From Tubulanus polymorphus (Eukaryota; Animalia; Nemertea), in contig NC_134025.1 in NCBI RefSeq assembly GCF_964204645.1, forward strand, positions 12,152,001-12,216,000: a DNA stretch of 64,000 nt. The letters run 5' to 3'. This document shows positions 22,101-35,905 of this stretch, piece by piece. The position numbers and the translations under genes are program-made. The notes under the pieces were generated by a model. The model had not been told where the DNA came from, ran no database searches, and saw only the letters and a list, made by a program, of their open reading frames with translations. Position 1 is the first letter of the stretch, and each line of letters begins with the position of its first letter.

Positions 22101-24870
22101 TCCTTTAACGTGCAGCGGATGATATGGAAACTTAAGCTACTGTCCAGTAACGAACTTACAAATAGCCAACTTTAAGAACCATTAGTAACACATAATGGCT
22201 TATGGCGTTGACGCCATTCCCGAACAATCCGACGATTAACAGTGGTTTCACCTTATTCTGTAAAAATAGTAAATGCATATCTGCATTAAGAAATCATAAA
22301 ATAACTCCTCTTAATAATTCAACCCTTTAACAATAAGTAACATCCGTATAATAATTTGATACCAAGATCCAGTTCCACTGTTCTTGGTTGGGAGTTAGAA
22401 TTTGATAATCATGATAATGGACTAATCTAAAGTTATCTCTAGAACCTGGATGGAGGAAATACCCATTCCTTAAGACGGGTATAATTGTAAAACGATAAAC
22501 ACCGGGGAAAACACTCACTTGATTTTGAAGATATTTCGCCAATACTTGGTACAAAAAGTTGAACTGCAAATTGAGAAGAAGAACAGGCAATTATGAGTTG
22601 CCAACAACGGATGGTGATATATGCAGATGAAGAAAAAGAACGTACCCATAATCCTGGTATGAATACAAGCATATACACTTCTGTGAGCCTGAATATAAAA
22701 ACCAATAAGTAACAAAAATTTTCCTGTTACCTCAGCAGGCTTTTCACGCGATACATTTTGTCTTTGTTTCTTACCTAGCAATTTCTGGATTTTGTCCGAG
22801 TAATATCAACAATGGTTCTGCGTTTATGTGAATTGCCCAACACGGAATACAAGCAAGTGTCATTATAATCAAACCTATTAAACGTCCAAACATACATTGT
22901 AGTCATACATTGTACATATACAGTGGAACCTCGTTACAACGATCTCAGATTCATCGGATATAACAAATATAGAATTCTGTCCCAAGTAAGACAATTTGAT
23001 TGATTTCATATTGGATATTACGAACTATCGTTATAGCGAACATATTCTGGTCTCGTGAAGTTCGCTGTAACGAGATTCCACTGTATAATACAGTTTGTTC
23101 TGAATGAAGATGTTTTTTCCTATGGAAATCTTTTCTTATTTAAAACACGTACTCCGTTGTAAAAGTATACCAACGCCCTTCTTATCACCACTTCCATACA
23201 TCTAAAAAGATTAGTAAATGTTTGCTTTACAAACCTCGTAAAATCGATGCTGTCGTTATTTCCTAGCGACACGATAATTTCTGTCGCGCGGTCGTAAAAT
23301 GTCAAATACCATTTACACAACCGCCTCTTTACCCGCTCGAATTTACGTAAATCATTCTGCATCATTATTAAACATTCTGTATAGTGCTACGATTTCTGGT
23401 CATTCAATTAGCCTGCAGCGACAAAATTTCCTCGTTCAAAATGACATCCGGGTCCACCAGTCTCTGAGTTAGATCTGACTCAGCGTTAACTCATTAAAAG
23501 TTAAGTAATTCTAACTCAGAGTTAACTCACAATGTGGAACCAGGTCAGTTTTGAACAAGGCAATTTTGTCGCCCCATACTTAATTGAATGACCACGTTAG
23601 ATCGGAAATAGCCTATTTCTGAAGCAAGAACCAATGAAACCATGTATCAGTCATTGAGTAGAAATGGAGGTTCGTACATAAAAAAAACTCAGAACTTATA
23701 TCTAATGTTTTGACCGTAGTACGCGAGTAAGACTGATTGTCACTACATCGTTTATATTCAGAACATCGTGGAATCGATGGTTTGGATTACTACTGAACTT
23801 AAAACACTACCGAAGCTACACTACAGCTGTCGATTGATCTTGCACAAGAAACTGCGTTAAATACACCAGCAAACGTTCATAAAGCTCGTTATGAATTTTC
23901 GATTTGAAATGTTTTCTTCAATGAGGCGTCATTATACGTAGCTTTTCTTAATAGAACTTTTTATTTGCATTATCAACTCGGAACTGCTTTAGGTAGAATG
24001 TGAGCTATTTTGTCGAAAAACATCGTGGCGCCAAAAGAATCGTCAAATCGATGAATGGGCAGCTCAAAACAACCAATACTAACTATTGTCGTCATTATTT
24101 CCATGCCTACCTGGGAAAAAAGCGTGTCGCAAGCTGTGGAAAGCCCTGTACCGATTGACAAACCAAAAACATTTATCAGCTGTAAGAATAAAACGGGACA
24201 ATTTTCCAGACATTGTCTATATCTTTTGGGTTATCGAAATATGCCGATTTTCTGATCCGATTATGCAGCATATTAAGCTATATGCTTTCAAAAAAGAGAA
24301 ATGAAATGGTTCAACATGTTTAAAATTTTTCCTTTTATTTGAGTTTTTGCGTTGTTCTGATCTTAGGTTCCCAAGACTCTATATACCTATTGGTTTGTTT
24401 GTATAACCACGGACTCTAAAACGAATTAAGAGTCCATGATCTAACCTCGCGGCGATGTAGGTAATTTAGCCTACTTACCGTCATTCCTAAAGATGCAGCT
24501 GCGAGTTCTTTAACGCCGAGTTGCCCGCAAAACGCTATGGCCACAGTCATTACCAAAAACTGAAGGACGGATGTCAAGGCCTGCGACGTAAAATGAAATG
24601 AATAGTTTAGAGCTTGGTGAAAAATATGGTATATTCAAAAATCAAATTATTATGAAGCTGGATACCACGTTAGATGATTATTTGTGATTATTGATCAGAT
24701 ATTCAAGATAATATACGTACCATTGGCCAAGCCTGAGTGAAGACGGCCTTAAATTCACGTCTGTACCAATCTGGCAAATAGCGTAATAGACTGCATTTCT
24801 TCGACAACTGAGTAGTAGACGCATCCTGGTTATTAGAGCCAGCAAAGTCTGTGTCTGTAGTGAAGGACAT
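19153..24870 (-). CDS. Multidrug and toxin extrusion (MATE/SLC47-like) transporter, 17 coding exons
   Basis: Exons 24721-24870, 24479-24580, 24111-24179, 23153-23201, 22775-22874, 22646-22688, 22519-22563, 22160-22257, 21045-21142, 20825-20938, 20633-20700, 20384-20492, 20236-20311, 20077-20146, 19830-19962, 19526-19681, 19153-19436. Motifs FCGQLG.KELAA, GLSTACDTLFSQ, KYLQNQ, ELAAQS, SIRVGQCLG, GAMRGCGRQ, GFWIG, TDWEK, plus a final C-terminal TM helix. Confidence 0.95.
22921..23083. mobile_element. Tc1/mariner (pogo/Tigger-like) MITE in a MATE intron
   Basis: TA-CAGTGGAACCTCGTTACAACG ... CGCTGTAACGAGATTCCACTG-TA. A related half copy lies at about 12499. Confidence 0.85.
23397..23594. mobile_element. 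MITE with imperfect TIRs of about 50 bp and a palindromic core, in a MATE intron
   Basis: TGGTCATTCAATTAG..GCGACAAAATT..GTTCAAAA versus TTTTGAAC..AATTTTGTCGC..TAATTGAATGACCA. Confidence 0.75.
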
Positions 24871-25529
24871 TGAGACAAAAATGATCTAAAATCGCTCTTT
24901 TTATTCTTCAACAGCACAAGAAGCACGCTTAATTCGGTTTTCGCGAGTGTCGAACAGGAACTATACGAGACGGCTCGGTCATCACCACCGGCGGCCTATA
25001 TCAATCACGAATTCAAGATTCATTTAGCCTACACACACGCTACACGGTGTATTTTCCACGATTGAATGAAATTCTAGGACAACATAGTAACCGTAACTGT
25101 TATACCTGCCGACGGACAGCACGCAGGCATAACGCGATATACCGTCATCGCACTGCCTGTGAGTGAACAGGGAGATGCTGCAGCTAAAACGATTCGTATG
25201 CAACTATCGATTTACTCACTCCCGAGAACTGGTTATAGAGTATTCGAGATAACATTCATGCAATTATTGCAAGAATTGAGTACAGATACAGGGCCGGCAG
25301 AACGGGGGTGGCTGAGGTGGCTTTGGTCATCATTTTGCCGATGATGATATTTTTCATGATGGTTATTCAAAAAACCTCAGCTAGGACTGCTCCTATCCCC
25401 GAAAACGTATGTTATGATCGAATATGAAACAGCGTCTGAAAAAATGATCCGTTACATTCATAAACAAAGTGACTGAACTCAACCTGAATCATGATACCGG
25501 AAAACTATCGTCTCAATAGCCCCACAGTG

Positions 25530-25718
25530 TGGTGGCTGATTCGGGCCGTACTAAAAATATTTCTGTAAACGGCTAGAGGAACGATAAAAGATTTTCACAT
25601 CGGGCTCGCGCGAGAATTCAAAGGTTTGGGTTTCTCGCGCGAGAAAACGAAACATTTTGAGTTGTCATGCGAGAAAACGAAATAATTCTTTCTTCAGTAT
25701 GGCCCGAATCAGCCGCCA
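25530..25718. mobile_element. MITE (TGGTGGCTGATTCGGGCC family), copy 1
   Basis: TIR of about 22 bp; second, shorter copy at 31678-31826 with the same internal CTCGCGCGAG motif. Confidence 0.85.
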
Positions 25719-25984
25719 TACCAGAGGCTTTGAAATGCAACCATTTATACGAATTTCTCTGTGTGATGTACCCTGAACCCCACGAAAACACAGACGCAAG
25801 TCTTTCACGCGGTTGACACCTCAGCAAAAAGGTACGTACTTTGAGGGAGGGGGTGGTATTAATCAATCTTGGTACGTACTTTATGCACTAAACTCAAATG
25901 AAAATAGCCGATACTGGTGTTTTATCGGCCTTTAGTACCGGCAATCAGGTATTTTTATTTGGTTTTGGTTTGTGTTTTATGCAT

Positions 25985-26246
<262 letters not shown>

Positions 26247-26674
26247 GAGTCCAACTTCGTTTATAAGCTAAACTCAGATAAGTATACTAAATGCTTATTC
26301 GTTGTTAGCTATGCTATTCTTCAATTCATATAAAGGCAGTCGTATATATTATTTTGTCAGCATTATGCTTCTTTTGTCAGGTTAAACACAACCAGTTTGT
26401 TATTGCTCCCCCTTGGAAAGTATTACTTTCCATAGCGCTCCACAGGGGGAGGGGGTTGTGTTGATCATAATTTTGATTTCGTAGAAGAATTTTATACTAT
26501 ATATGATATTGCATGATATAACCGCGCGATTCAATAAAACATGCCGTTGTTTTTTTACCAATTTTTAAAGCACCATAGTCGATATGTCGTTGATATGATC
26601 CTTGTTGGTCTTCTGACATCGAACCATAATTAGGATTGCTAAACCCATCACCAGACGACTAAAAGAAAAGACGA

Positions 26675-26836
26675 GGGGATCATTCATTTATCACGTACGC
26701 ATAAAATTTGAATTTTTCAACCCCCCTCCCCCTCTGTAAGCAAAATCGGCAATTTTTTCATATACATTAAGCATTACAGTACGCAATTGCACTGACCCCC
26801 CCTCCCCTAATGCGCACGTATTAAATGAATGACCAC
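26675..26836. mobile_element. PIF/Harbinger-like MITE
   Basis: GGGGATCATTCATTTATCACGTACGC ... GCGCACGTATTAAATGAATGACC inverted ends with internal C-tracts. Confidence 0.65.
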
Positions 26837-27422
26837 GAGGCATTTTTCATTATGCATTTATTTTTCACTGGTTATCGTGTAAATAACGATAAAATTCAAG
26901 TTTACTTACTGAAGAGCTCATTTTACAAAAATTATTTTTTTCCATTTGATCCGATGAGTAATTGGCTTCAAATTAAAATTCCATTGGACGTGTAGATCGA
27001 CACCTAATCGAACGAGAACGGCCGCTTTCTGTTTTTTTTGCGGCGTGTAATCGCAATACTTCTTGAAACTTGTGCTACCGGTTACTACCTGCACAAAATA
27101 ATGTTTCCATACGCTACAGGATATATTAACAATCATCGATCGATTCTATATAATCTCTGATCTTATCGCAAAGACAACACGAAAACGAAGCATGCCCACA
27201 TAAATACTTAACGAATAACATAACACATATGGTAGAGATTGTGAGGGAAAAAGATGTGTTTAGTAGAATCAAATAATACCTCAACACACATCCGACGAAA
27301 CTATGATTTTGGCCAAAAAAGATTGTTTTCTTATATGTGGGTGCCTGAAACTCGATAGAACAGCAAATGACACGAAACGATATAGAAAATTTTCTCCGGA
27401 AAGATAGTAATTGACGAAAAAT

Positions 27423-27721
27423 TGTCGACTGTCAACGGCTAACGTTCAACTGCTATTAACACTGACTGAAGAACGCAGTGTAAGTCTACAAACGCACTAT
27501 AATGCCGTATATTGGACTATTTACCGAACATTTTACATATTTGAATAGTAATATGTTCATTAATAAATATAAATGTTATGAATATACATGTACTTGTAAT
27601 GACTTTTTTGCGCAGTCCTCTAATCTTAGCAATCTTAGATTTCGGCGCTAGTCCAGTATAAGGCATTGTACACTTGGCCATTCGGTCAGTGTTTACAGCA
27701 GTTGACCATTGACAGTCGACA
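27423..27721. mobile_element. Inverted-repeat element (MITE-like)
   Basis: TGTCGACTGTCAA...CAACTGCT.T.AACACTGAC.GAA versus TTCGGTCAGTGTTTACAGCAGTTGACCATTGACAGTCGACA. Confidence 0.65.
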
Positions 27722-28417
27722 CCTAGAGTAAACCTCGAGAACAAGTGGCAACCAGTCAACCTGTCAACCAGAAGTATGCCAGTTATTCCACGCCTTTAAC
27801 TGCTATTTTTGTTCATAATTTTCATTGTCACACATAAATCCATTTTGCGTATTATGCAGTTGCGGATGATTTGGCTTATATTGGCATTTCGAAACACAAA
27901 AAGGCATTCATGTGTATATAACATTGAAATATAATATGTCTAGATGACTATTTAAAATGGTTGTAGGTTTTTGGAGGTCAAATCATAGTTATTGGGTGGA
28001 TAATTTAGTGTTGATGTGACAAATCTTTGGTCCTAAATAACCTTGGAAAGATTTTTAGCGAGTTTGAAATGTGAATGATTATACGGAGGCGTCAATTTAA
28101 TTACTTTTAAGAACATCAAAACAAAATGAATCAAAAACATCATCGTCCATATAATTTACCAATTGGAAGATGCATGCGTGTGGGAATTAGTGAACTATAC
28201 TATTGGCAGTTGGGAGATTGTCCCTCTGTTCGGGAACATGAACTTGTATTAATACTATAGACATGTGATGCGATGTGTTTACGTCTCCACATCAACCAAC
28301 CCGTCGAAGACGAGTTTCTGCTAGTAAAAATATAATTCTATAATATATAGAATATAATGTTGATTGATTTCTGAGAGTAATTGATTTGGTAAAAGATGTA
28401 ATCGAATTAGAAGACAA

Positions 28418-29200
28418 GACGATTACAATTACAATTACAATTAGTTTATTTACTCCACAATTATACAATTGCACAGAGAAAAAAATTATTTTACAATATA
28501 CATTGCAACAATTAACATTAGAAATGTATTAAACATTTGCGTATATACAACGCCAGTTTTTTAAGGGTTTGGCAATTTGAGTTGAACATATCATACAACT
28601 TTACGTTATTGGGGAATCTCCAATAACGCTCCGGGATGTATCTAGCTCTGGATTCCTGGAAGTACGGGCAGACGAGTAAAAAGTGATATTCATCCCCCAC
28701 CGCCTCTAAATCACACTTTTGGCACAGCCTATTGGTACGGGCAATTCCACGCCACCGCCCAACTTCCACCGGTAGCCTGTGAGCTGAGCATCTAAATCTA
28801 CATAAAGTTAACTGGTCCCTAGGAGTTAATTGAGTTAGATACTTTTCCATTTTGAAACGGCATTTGATTGTTAAATACGTAACAGCAAAAATACATAAAG
28901 AGGACTCTTTACGTATTTTTGGTAACAGCCATGGTGGAATCAGTAAATTTTGCATGCCAGACTTGCATAAACTGATCCTGCAATCTCTGTTTAAGTATCA
29001 GACTCAAGTAATTCACGTTTGGAATATTTTGATTTTCCCAAATATATCCGAGCCCATTTCGGAGCAAAATGTTCTTCACAAAATCCATCCAAGAGTTAGC
29101 TTGACCATCAATATAGCTATTATAAACACAACTGTAAACCTTTGACGATAATTTATCATCAGTTATTAATTTTGCCCAAAAATTTTACAATTCTTTCACA
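28418..29200 (-). mobile_element. 5'-truncated non-LTR retrotransposon 3' end (RTE-X-like ORF2 C-terminus)
   Basis: LCRFRCSAHRLPVEVGRW..RLCQKC...VGDEYHFLLVCP zinc-knuckle region, frameshifted upstream. AATAAA followed by an (ATTGTA)n tail. Confidence 0.85.
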
Positions 29201-29228
29201 CGGAACCTAACTGGCGTCATGGGCCTAT

Positions 29229-29435
29229 ACCGTCAACCGTCCTGTACAGTTATCACCTTACTGGTGTGTAGGGTGTCTACCTGTCAACCGTCATGTGCAG
29301 CCATCACCTGACTGTTGTGTGGGTGTCTTCCTGTCAACCGTCCTGTGTAGTCATCGCTTGATGTGTATAGGGTGTCATCTGTCAACCGTCCTGCGGAGTC
29401 ATCACCTTAATATGTAAGGTGTGACGTGTCATCAG
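29229..29435 (+). repeat. Minisatellite, about 4 units of about 50 bp (CTGTCAACCGTCCTGT...GGGTGTC)
   Basis: Unit starts recur near 29231, 29282, 29331 and 29379. Confidence 0.85.
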
Positions 29436-30698
29436 CTGGTGAATCAAGGATCTAATTTCATGGAACTTCTTTTAGTTCTCTATTACTACGCTTTTATATT
29501 TCAGCTTGCGCATTTACTCCCCCGATTTACTCCTAAGGTTGTACTACAATGCCGTATATCGGACTTGGGCTTAGATTTCATTTTCAATATTAGTTTAGTA
29601 TATTATGTTTTTCTACCAAATTAAATAAAATCATATACGACAGATTAGATGTTAATCCAGAAAAATTAGATTTCTCAGATAGAAAATCTATATTTCCAGT
29701 TTGAGTAATATGATGACATATTTGAACAAGCATTTTCAATAGACAGCTGTTGACCAATACTAGAACCAGATATATAACATATGTTAACCAAACAAAAAGT
29801 TATTGACCCAGACGAACATTTTTTTAGGTTAATACATATCTTATACACATAATCTAGAGAATAAGAAGTCACTAGTGCGTGAAAATGTCACGATGACTAC
29901 TGAGCGCTTGTTAGCCGCTCGGTGTTACTTCTCCCCAGGGAGAGATGACTGATTAGAGTGTTGAAAATGGCCGGGGAAATAATACCGAAAAATGTAAAGT
30001 GCTCCAAGCAGCTTCGCTGGATTTAGCGTGACACATATTAGTATTGCTAACGAAGTCTTCGCCGCCCATGGTCTGGAAGATTCACATCTGGCCATGCTCC
30101 GAGCAACAAGACTGAAATACTACAGGATCCGCGCTACCAAAAATGACGCTACGTATAGATATTATGCACGTGACGTTACATCACGCCATTTGCCCGTTAA
30201 GCGCAAGCGGCTAACTAAAGGAAAAGAGTTAAAGTAAAAATTGACGGCCACTTGACGGAAAATATGACATACGCAACAATACGAGTGACAAAACTTCCCA
30301 TAAATTTTATCTGGGTCATGCATTGAGTCTTCAGTAAACAGCGTTTTCGAAATCTGCATTTAATTATCTAATGTCAATTTTACAGTCTGTTGAATCTACA
30401 TTTAAAAATGTGATGACTACCGAAAAGAACTTTGAAGAAAGAGAATCCGTCTTCATTTGGACAAATGAAATATTATTGACAATGTTTGATACATTATAAG
30501 CACATTATACGTTTCATAATATGTTTCACAATGGGGCAACTGTTCATTGATAATTCGTTTCGGAAAAAGGCTCGTTCCATTCAGATAAATATGCCCCTAT
30601 ACCACATGTAGTGAGCCTGGTGAATCCTCGTTTGCAGCCACAAGATGAAATGCTCGATTACCGCCTCATCATTTCTACATATTTGACGATACGGGAAA

Positions 30699-31927
30699 TT
30701 AAATGCTAAGACTAATGCTTCCGGTCGGCTGACAATGTCCGCAGTAACCTCCGCATTGACCCGATGCCTTTCTTTTATCATTAGAATTTACTTGAGCAAC
30801 ACTTTTAGGGCGCCAGCCAGCTGCCTTCCATTTCGTCTGAAAATAACAAAATACATATGGCAGCTGCAAGTTTAGAAATGGATCGACTCCCCTAAGCTAT
30901 TGGAACTTACTTTGGTAGCATCGAAAACGAAACCAGTCCCGGTCAAATCTAGCGAGAATCCACCAGACGGCTTGTAGTATGCGATGCAACCACCACCCTC
31001 GCCATATGGAACTTTACGCTTTGTAGTTGTGGAATATGTATAATCATTCCGTATAACATTCAAACTCTGTAGAATAAAAAACAAATATAATAAAACCGAA
31101 TAAGTATTAACATATTGGATATACAAATGTATATACATATACTCAAATGACTGCGGCAGCAGCGCTCTTACCGCTGGATCCAAACGGATCTTTCGCCAAG
31201 TAGTACGACCACATCCAGCCCAAGCATTATCGCATTTGTTTTCCCCGTAGTTATTCGCCTTCAATGTGATGTATTCTTTATCGTTATTGCAGAAAATTTT
31301 AACCGCTTTCTTATTCGGTCCAAGAAATAGCGTATATTCACCAGCAGTGGTGGCCCCGGCTTCTTTACATGTCTTCGGAAAGTCCCCGCAACAACACGCT
31401 TAAAAGTAGAATAGCCACACTCAAACATGGAGAATAGATAATAGGAGAATAGATGGTACATAATAATTAAAACCCATTATATTCACAATGATAAATAGCG
31501 TAAATATCGTTTCAATCGTTTAAATTTGCCGTTTTTAGTGGCCTAGGTTATCATATAAACGCGCTTTAAAGGTGATTTGATTTTAGCGCTATTTAACGAT
31601 TGACCTCTTATCCTGAAATATTTGAAGATTCGGTATGATTTTTTCTTATTTCTTATTTGGGAATGTATGTTTATTGTAGTGGCTGATTCGGGCCATACTA
31701 AAAAAGTTTCTGTACGGCTAGAGGAACGATTAAAAAAATTCAAAAGTTTTGAATTCTCGCGCGAGAAAACCAAAAACGGGCCGGCCAATATGAAAATATT
31801 TTTACTATGGCCCGAATCAGCCACCATAATTTACAGCATTCATGAATACGAATATTCTTTTTTTTCATATTTTACCTCTATGAACTACTACGACCAGGAA
31901 CATCAAAACTAGTGAAAACGTTCTCAT
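30699..31927 (-). CDS. Stand-alone secreted GON-domain protein (190 aa, 4 coding exons)
   Basis: Exons 31876-31927 (signal peptide MRTFSLVLMFLVVVVHR), 31172-31398, 30911-31066, 30699-30836, all in phase. GON motifs PKTCKE..GEYTL..VKIFC..KEYITL..NY, GRT.WRKIRLD, FSLDLTGTG, GQCGGYCGHCQP. Confidence 0.88.
31678..31826. mobile_element. MITE (TGGTGGCTGATTCGGGCC family), copy 2, in an intron of the GON gene
   Basis: GTGGCTGATTCGGGCCATA ... TATGGCCCGAATCAGCCAC. Confidence 0.85.
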
Positions 31928-33345
31928 TTTGTAAATGGTGATCGAAAACCAAATCAAAACAAGGGCTCTACAAATGTAAAAGAAGATTAAAACACCACGT
32001 CCTTTAATACAGAGATAACCAGCATTTATGAAATATTATTACTTTAATCTAGATTAATATCAAATGTTCATTATCAATATAATAAAATGATATAAACATC
32101 ATTATACAAAAACTCATAGCCGAGCCAGCTTTTTAAAAAATATCTGATGCTATATATTTGACCCGGTTTGGATTTATTTCCTTTGTCCCCAAGATAATGT
32201 TAATGGTCCAAATTTGACTGCGAGGAACGCAAGCTATAAGTGTTTTAGAACTTACCTCTATGCAAACGTGTCCAACGAAAATCGTGTTGGCTTCTCCGAG
32301 TCTCAAGAAAATTAAAGTGCATTTATAAAAAACCGTCATATGCGACGCAGTCTAAAATTTCATTTACTCAAGTTCTAATTTCATTTACAGATCACTGTGA
32401 GAACTAATGCAATCAATGCCAAATGGAGGCGTTCCTCGGTTTACATACAGATTCTTGACCTAAAATCCCATCAAGCTGTTCATTTAGAGTTTTCAAACAG
32501 AAAACTTATATTTTCATGGGCTGATATGGCATGGCGTATTTGAACAAGCAGTTTCGCCTAACAGCTGTGTGAATACTTTGTCGTGGCAGTCAAGGTCATG
32601 AAAATTATAATGATCAGATGACAATTCCACATTTTCTATTGAGGGTGACATTTTGGAGATCATTCATTATAGGCTCCTGTATAAGCATATTTTCCTATAG
32701 GCCTATTCGGCGTGTACATGCACAGTGATTTGACAATTCATTCACTTAAATCGCGAAACTTGATACGGAGTTTGGTATTTTATATGTGATATGCGACTGA
32801 CATCATTTATCTTCACATCGGTTATAATAAAGGGTCTCTGTACAGTGACGCAATGAAACCTGCCAGACTATTTTACCGCCTCCATAGCTGAATTCTTGAG
32901 GTGACCTCATTAAAAACAATTTGTATTTGATTTGATTTATCATCAAGGAACAATCATTATATTCAAATTAACATAACATTTCAAATATTTATTATCTATG
33001 ATGGGGAATGGATACGTGTACCTTTCTCAACATATGATCGATTTTATGATTTTGGAATTCGAGAATTCATAAATATTTAATTAATTCTTAAAAGTATTTT
33101 CTTGATAAGATAATTTTGTATAAGTGATATAACAATAAAGTCCGCCCCACCATAGGGCAAATGCATTGGTGAATAGAGTCTTAACTAACAATGAATCCCA
33201 GTTGGGCCATGGAAACAGTTAGTAGGGTACCGGTCTATAAAACCGTACCTTGAAAAATATCAATCAAGTAGACTAAGTTAAGTTAAAAAAGCCACGATTA
33301 TAGTATTATTTGAATGGAAAATGAGAGTTTAGGGGTGCCCCTTTA

Positions 33346-33630
33346 AGCCCAACGCACACGTCAAAACATTTGTTTCACCGAAACAGAAAACACGTTTTTC
33401 AGTTCGGCGTTTTTTGTTTTGCCTCCGCACACGGCATGACAAATAACATCTAAAACGTTTTTTCACGAGGAAAAAAACGTTTTTTTTCGGTCTCGTGTGC
33501 GTTGGGCTTAAGCCCGCCGCACACGGCATAACATTTGTATCGCCAAAAACACGTTTTTCACAAAACTTTTTTCGTAAAACGTTTTGCGCGCAAACGATAA
33601 AATGTTCAACGCACACGGCATAACGTAAAC
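33346..33630. mobile_element. Harbinger-like MITE plus an adjacent partial copy
   Basis: AGCCCAACGCACACG ... CGTGTGCGTTGGGCT (33346-33508), followed directly by a second AGCCCGCCGCACACGGCATAAC start. Confidence 0.7.
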
Positions 33631-33911
33631 GCGCAGAAAATATTTCGGATCAAGTATAAAATATGGTAATATTAGTCCCTCACTGCGGAAGCTTAAGATA
33701 AAATGAATGAGTGATTCGGTTCATAATTCTGTATTTGAATCATAACATCGGCAATTGTTAGAGGTACGAATAGCTCATCGAGAGCCTCATCACGATCGAG
33801 TTACGTGCAACCAACGAAATCTAGGATGAGAACTTTTGTAGATACAACGAGCGACACGTCGATTCTTTTTAGAGATTAGATTTCGTGCAATTAAACGAGT
33901 ACGGTATTTAG

Positions 33912-34011
33912 TTCACCCAGCACTGGCAGTGGTTGTCTCCACCAGTGATCTCCGTCGCTCTACGATCCTAGTGTAACCTGTGGTACATCAGACACTTAGA
34001 TTCTTGGTGAA
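33912..34011 (+). repeat. Dispersed repeat of about 100 bp, copy 2
   Basis: TTCACCCAG...GATCTCCGTCGCTCTACGATCCTAG...CTTGGTGAA. Confidence 0.8.
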
Positions 34012-34274
34012 GTATTTAGGAGAATATATTGGTAAAAAAACATGTAAGTTTAACCAGTTAATTTGTATTCTATTATATTTGATGATGAATGATTAAAACA
34101 GGAAATTAATCTAAGATCAGTGTTCAAATTTATTTAAGATCAGAGTTTAAATTCTATATGTTATTTCATTTCAGATCAGCATTTCATCATTTCATGTTCG
34201 TTATGTCTCCATATTAAAATCCAATATACATCCTAAAGAAAGGTCTTCTTCGAATTAATGGAGCCTTCTACAGC

Positions 34275-34578
34275 AATCCCGACATCCCGACACTCCCGAC
34301 ATACCGGCAATCCGACATACCCGACAATATATGAAGTGGCTGGGATCGAGGGGCTTGGTGCGTGTGTGGATTACCCTTATATAAAATGGCTGGGATCGAA
34401 GGGCTAGGTGTGTGCGTGGATTACCCTTATATAAAGTCGCTGGGATCGAGGGCTGTGCGTGTGTGCGTGGATACCCTCACATAAATTAGCTGGGATCGAG
34501 AGGCTGGATGTTTGCGTGATTAACCCCTATATAAAGTGGCTGGGATCCGTCGATCCCAATGTCGGCGATGTCGGCAAG
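34275..34578. repeat. Four to five units of about 50 bp (GGCTGGGATCGAG...TACCCTTATATA) flanked by inverted CCGACA/TGTCGG arrays
   Basis: Unit starts near 34338, 34388, 34439, 34488 and 34538. Confidence 0.85.
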
Positions 34579-35905
34579 TAAAACAAACCTACATCCAATT
34601 GACGGTACTTCTCACTGTCGGATATCTTAAAATTGCGTCTGAGAAGCCAAATCACAACTTCCGTTTCTATATAATCATACACCTAAGGAACTACAATCCC
34701 ATATACTATACTTGATCCCCTCTTCATGTTATACAAAGGATATCCTTAACTTCCTATTGTGATTAACGTAATACATGCCTAGGTTAGGTCTCCGTATAGA
34801 TACCCAGTGGCGTGGCGGTGAAATTGTGAACAATTTCAACCTGAAAAGTGATCAGAAGGCACCTAAATGCATCTAATTTTTCAAAATTATCTGGGGGAGT
34901 GACCCCCTTGTGGTGCTACGCGCCTGCGGTGCTTGCTGATGACGGCACCGCCGTCTACAGGCTGCAAACGCCATTTCTTCGTCACCATTTTTCAACAGCA
35001 ATGTTTTCGTGGAATTAAAAATTATATTTTGATCGCGAGGGGGCACCCTTCCCCACCCCCATGGCCATGCGAGTAGCCGTTTCCGACTGCTAAGCTTTCA
35101 GCCTCAAACCATGTTTCAGAGCTCCAATATTTCTATGGCCGGACCAAATTAGATAAGCTTTCCACCACCTCTGTGAGAGGTGTATGATTAAGCGAATGAA
35201 AAAACGTAATTTTGCATAAGAGGTCTATGTCTTTAACTGCATTTTTGTCAAATGGACAGGGTGAGGGGTTAATACAATGTGGACATTCTGTGGACATGGG
35301 GAGGGTGTCAAAATTTTGCAATTCTGTATGGATGTCTTTTTTGCCGGACAAGCCCCTTAATATCGTTCAAAGTACGAATCGAGATTGTACAAAGGATAGG
35401 GGAGTTTTTGTGTTGATCCGTTTTTTTATTTTATACTAGAGCTTGTGGATGGCGCCCCGGGGTGGATGGCAGCGGCTAGGGACATACACGTGTCATCTTC
35501 GACTTTTATTATGGAGGCATAAACACTTCTCAAGGATAATTGCAATTCAGAATCTTAGTGTATATGAAAACTACAAGGGAGCATCTAAAGATTTCGACTC
35601 GCGGAAGGGGGTGGAGGTGGGGTGGGGGTGGAGGCCTCCCGCGGATTCATCAGGACTGCATAAAAAAACAATTAGATATTGTTATACAATTGTTAAAAAA
35701 AAACAAGTAGACAGTTATTCTAATTGACGGAACTATAGAAATATTTAGATGCTTCCTAAAGCCGTGGCAAGCGAGGATGCGATATTGTTCGGAGCTGCCC
35801 TTTCTCAAAAACTGTGCCGCGGTAGGGGGTACATCGGTCGATCACGCGTTCAGCGATTTCATGTTCAAGTAATCAAGTGGGGAGATTTAGTCTTTTATTG
35901 AGTGA

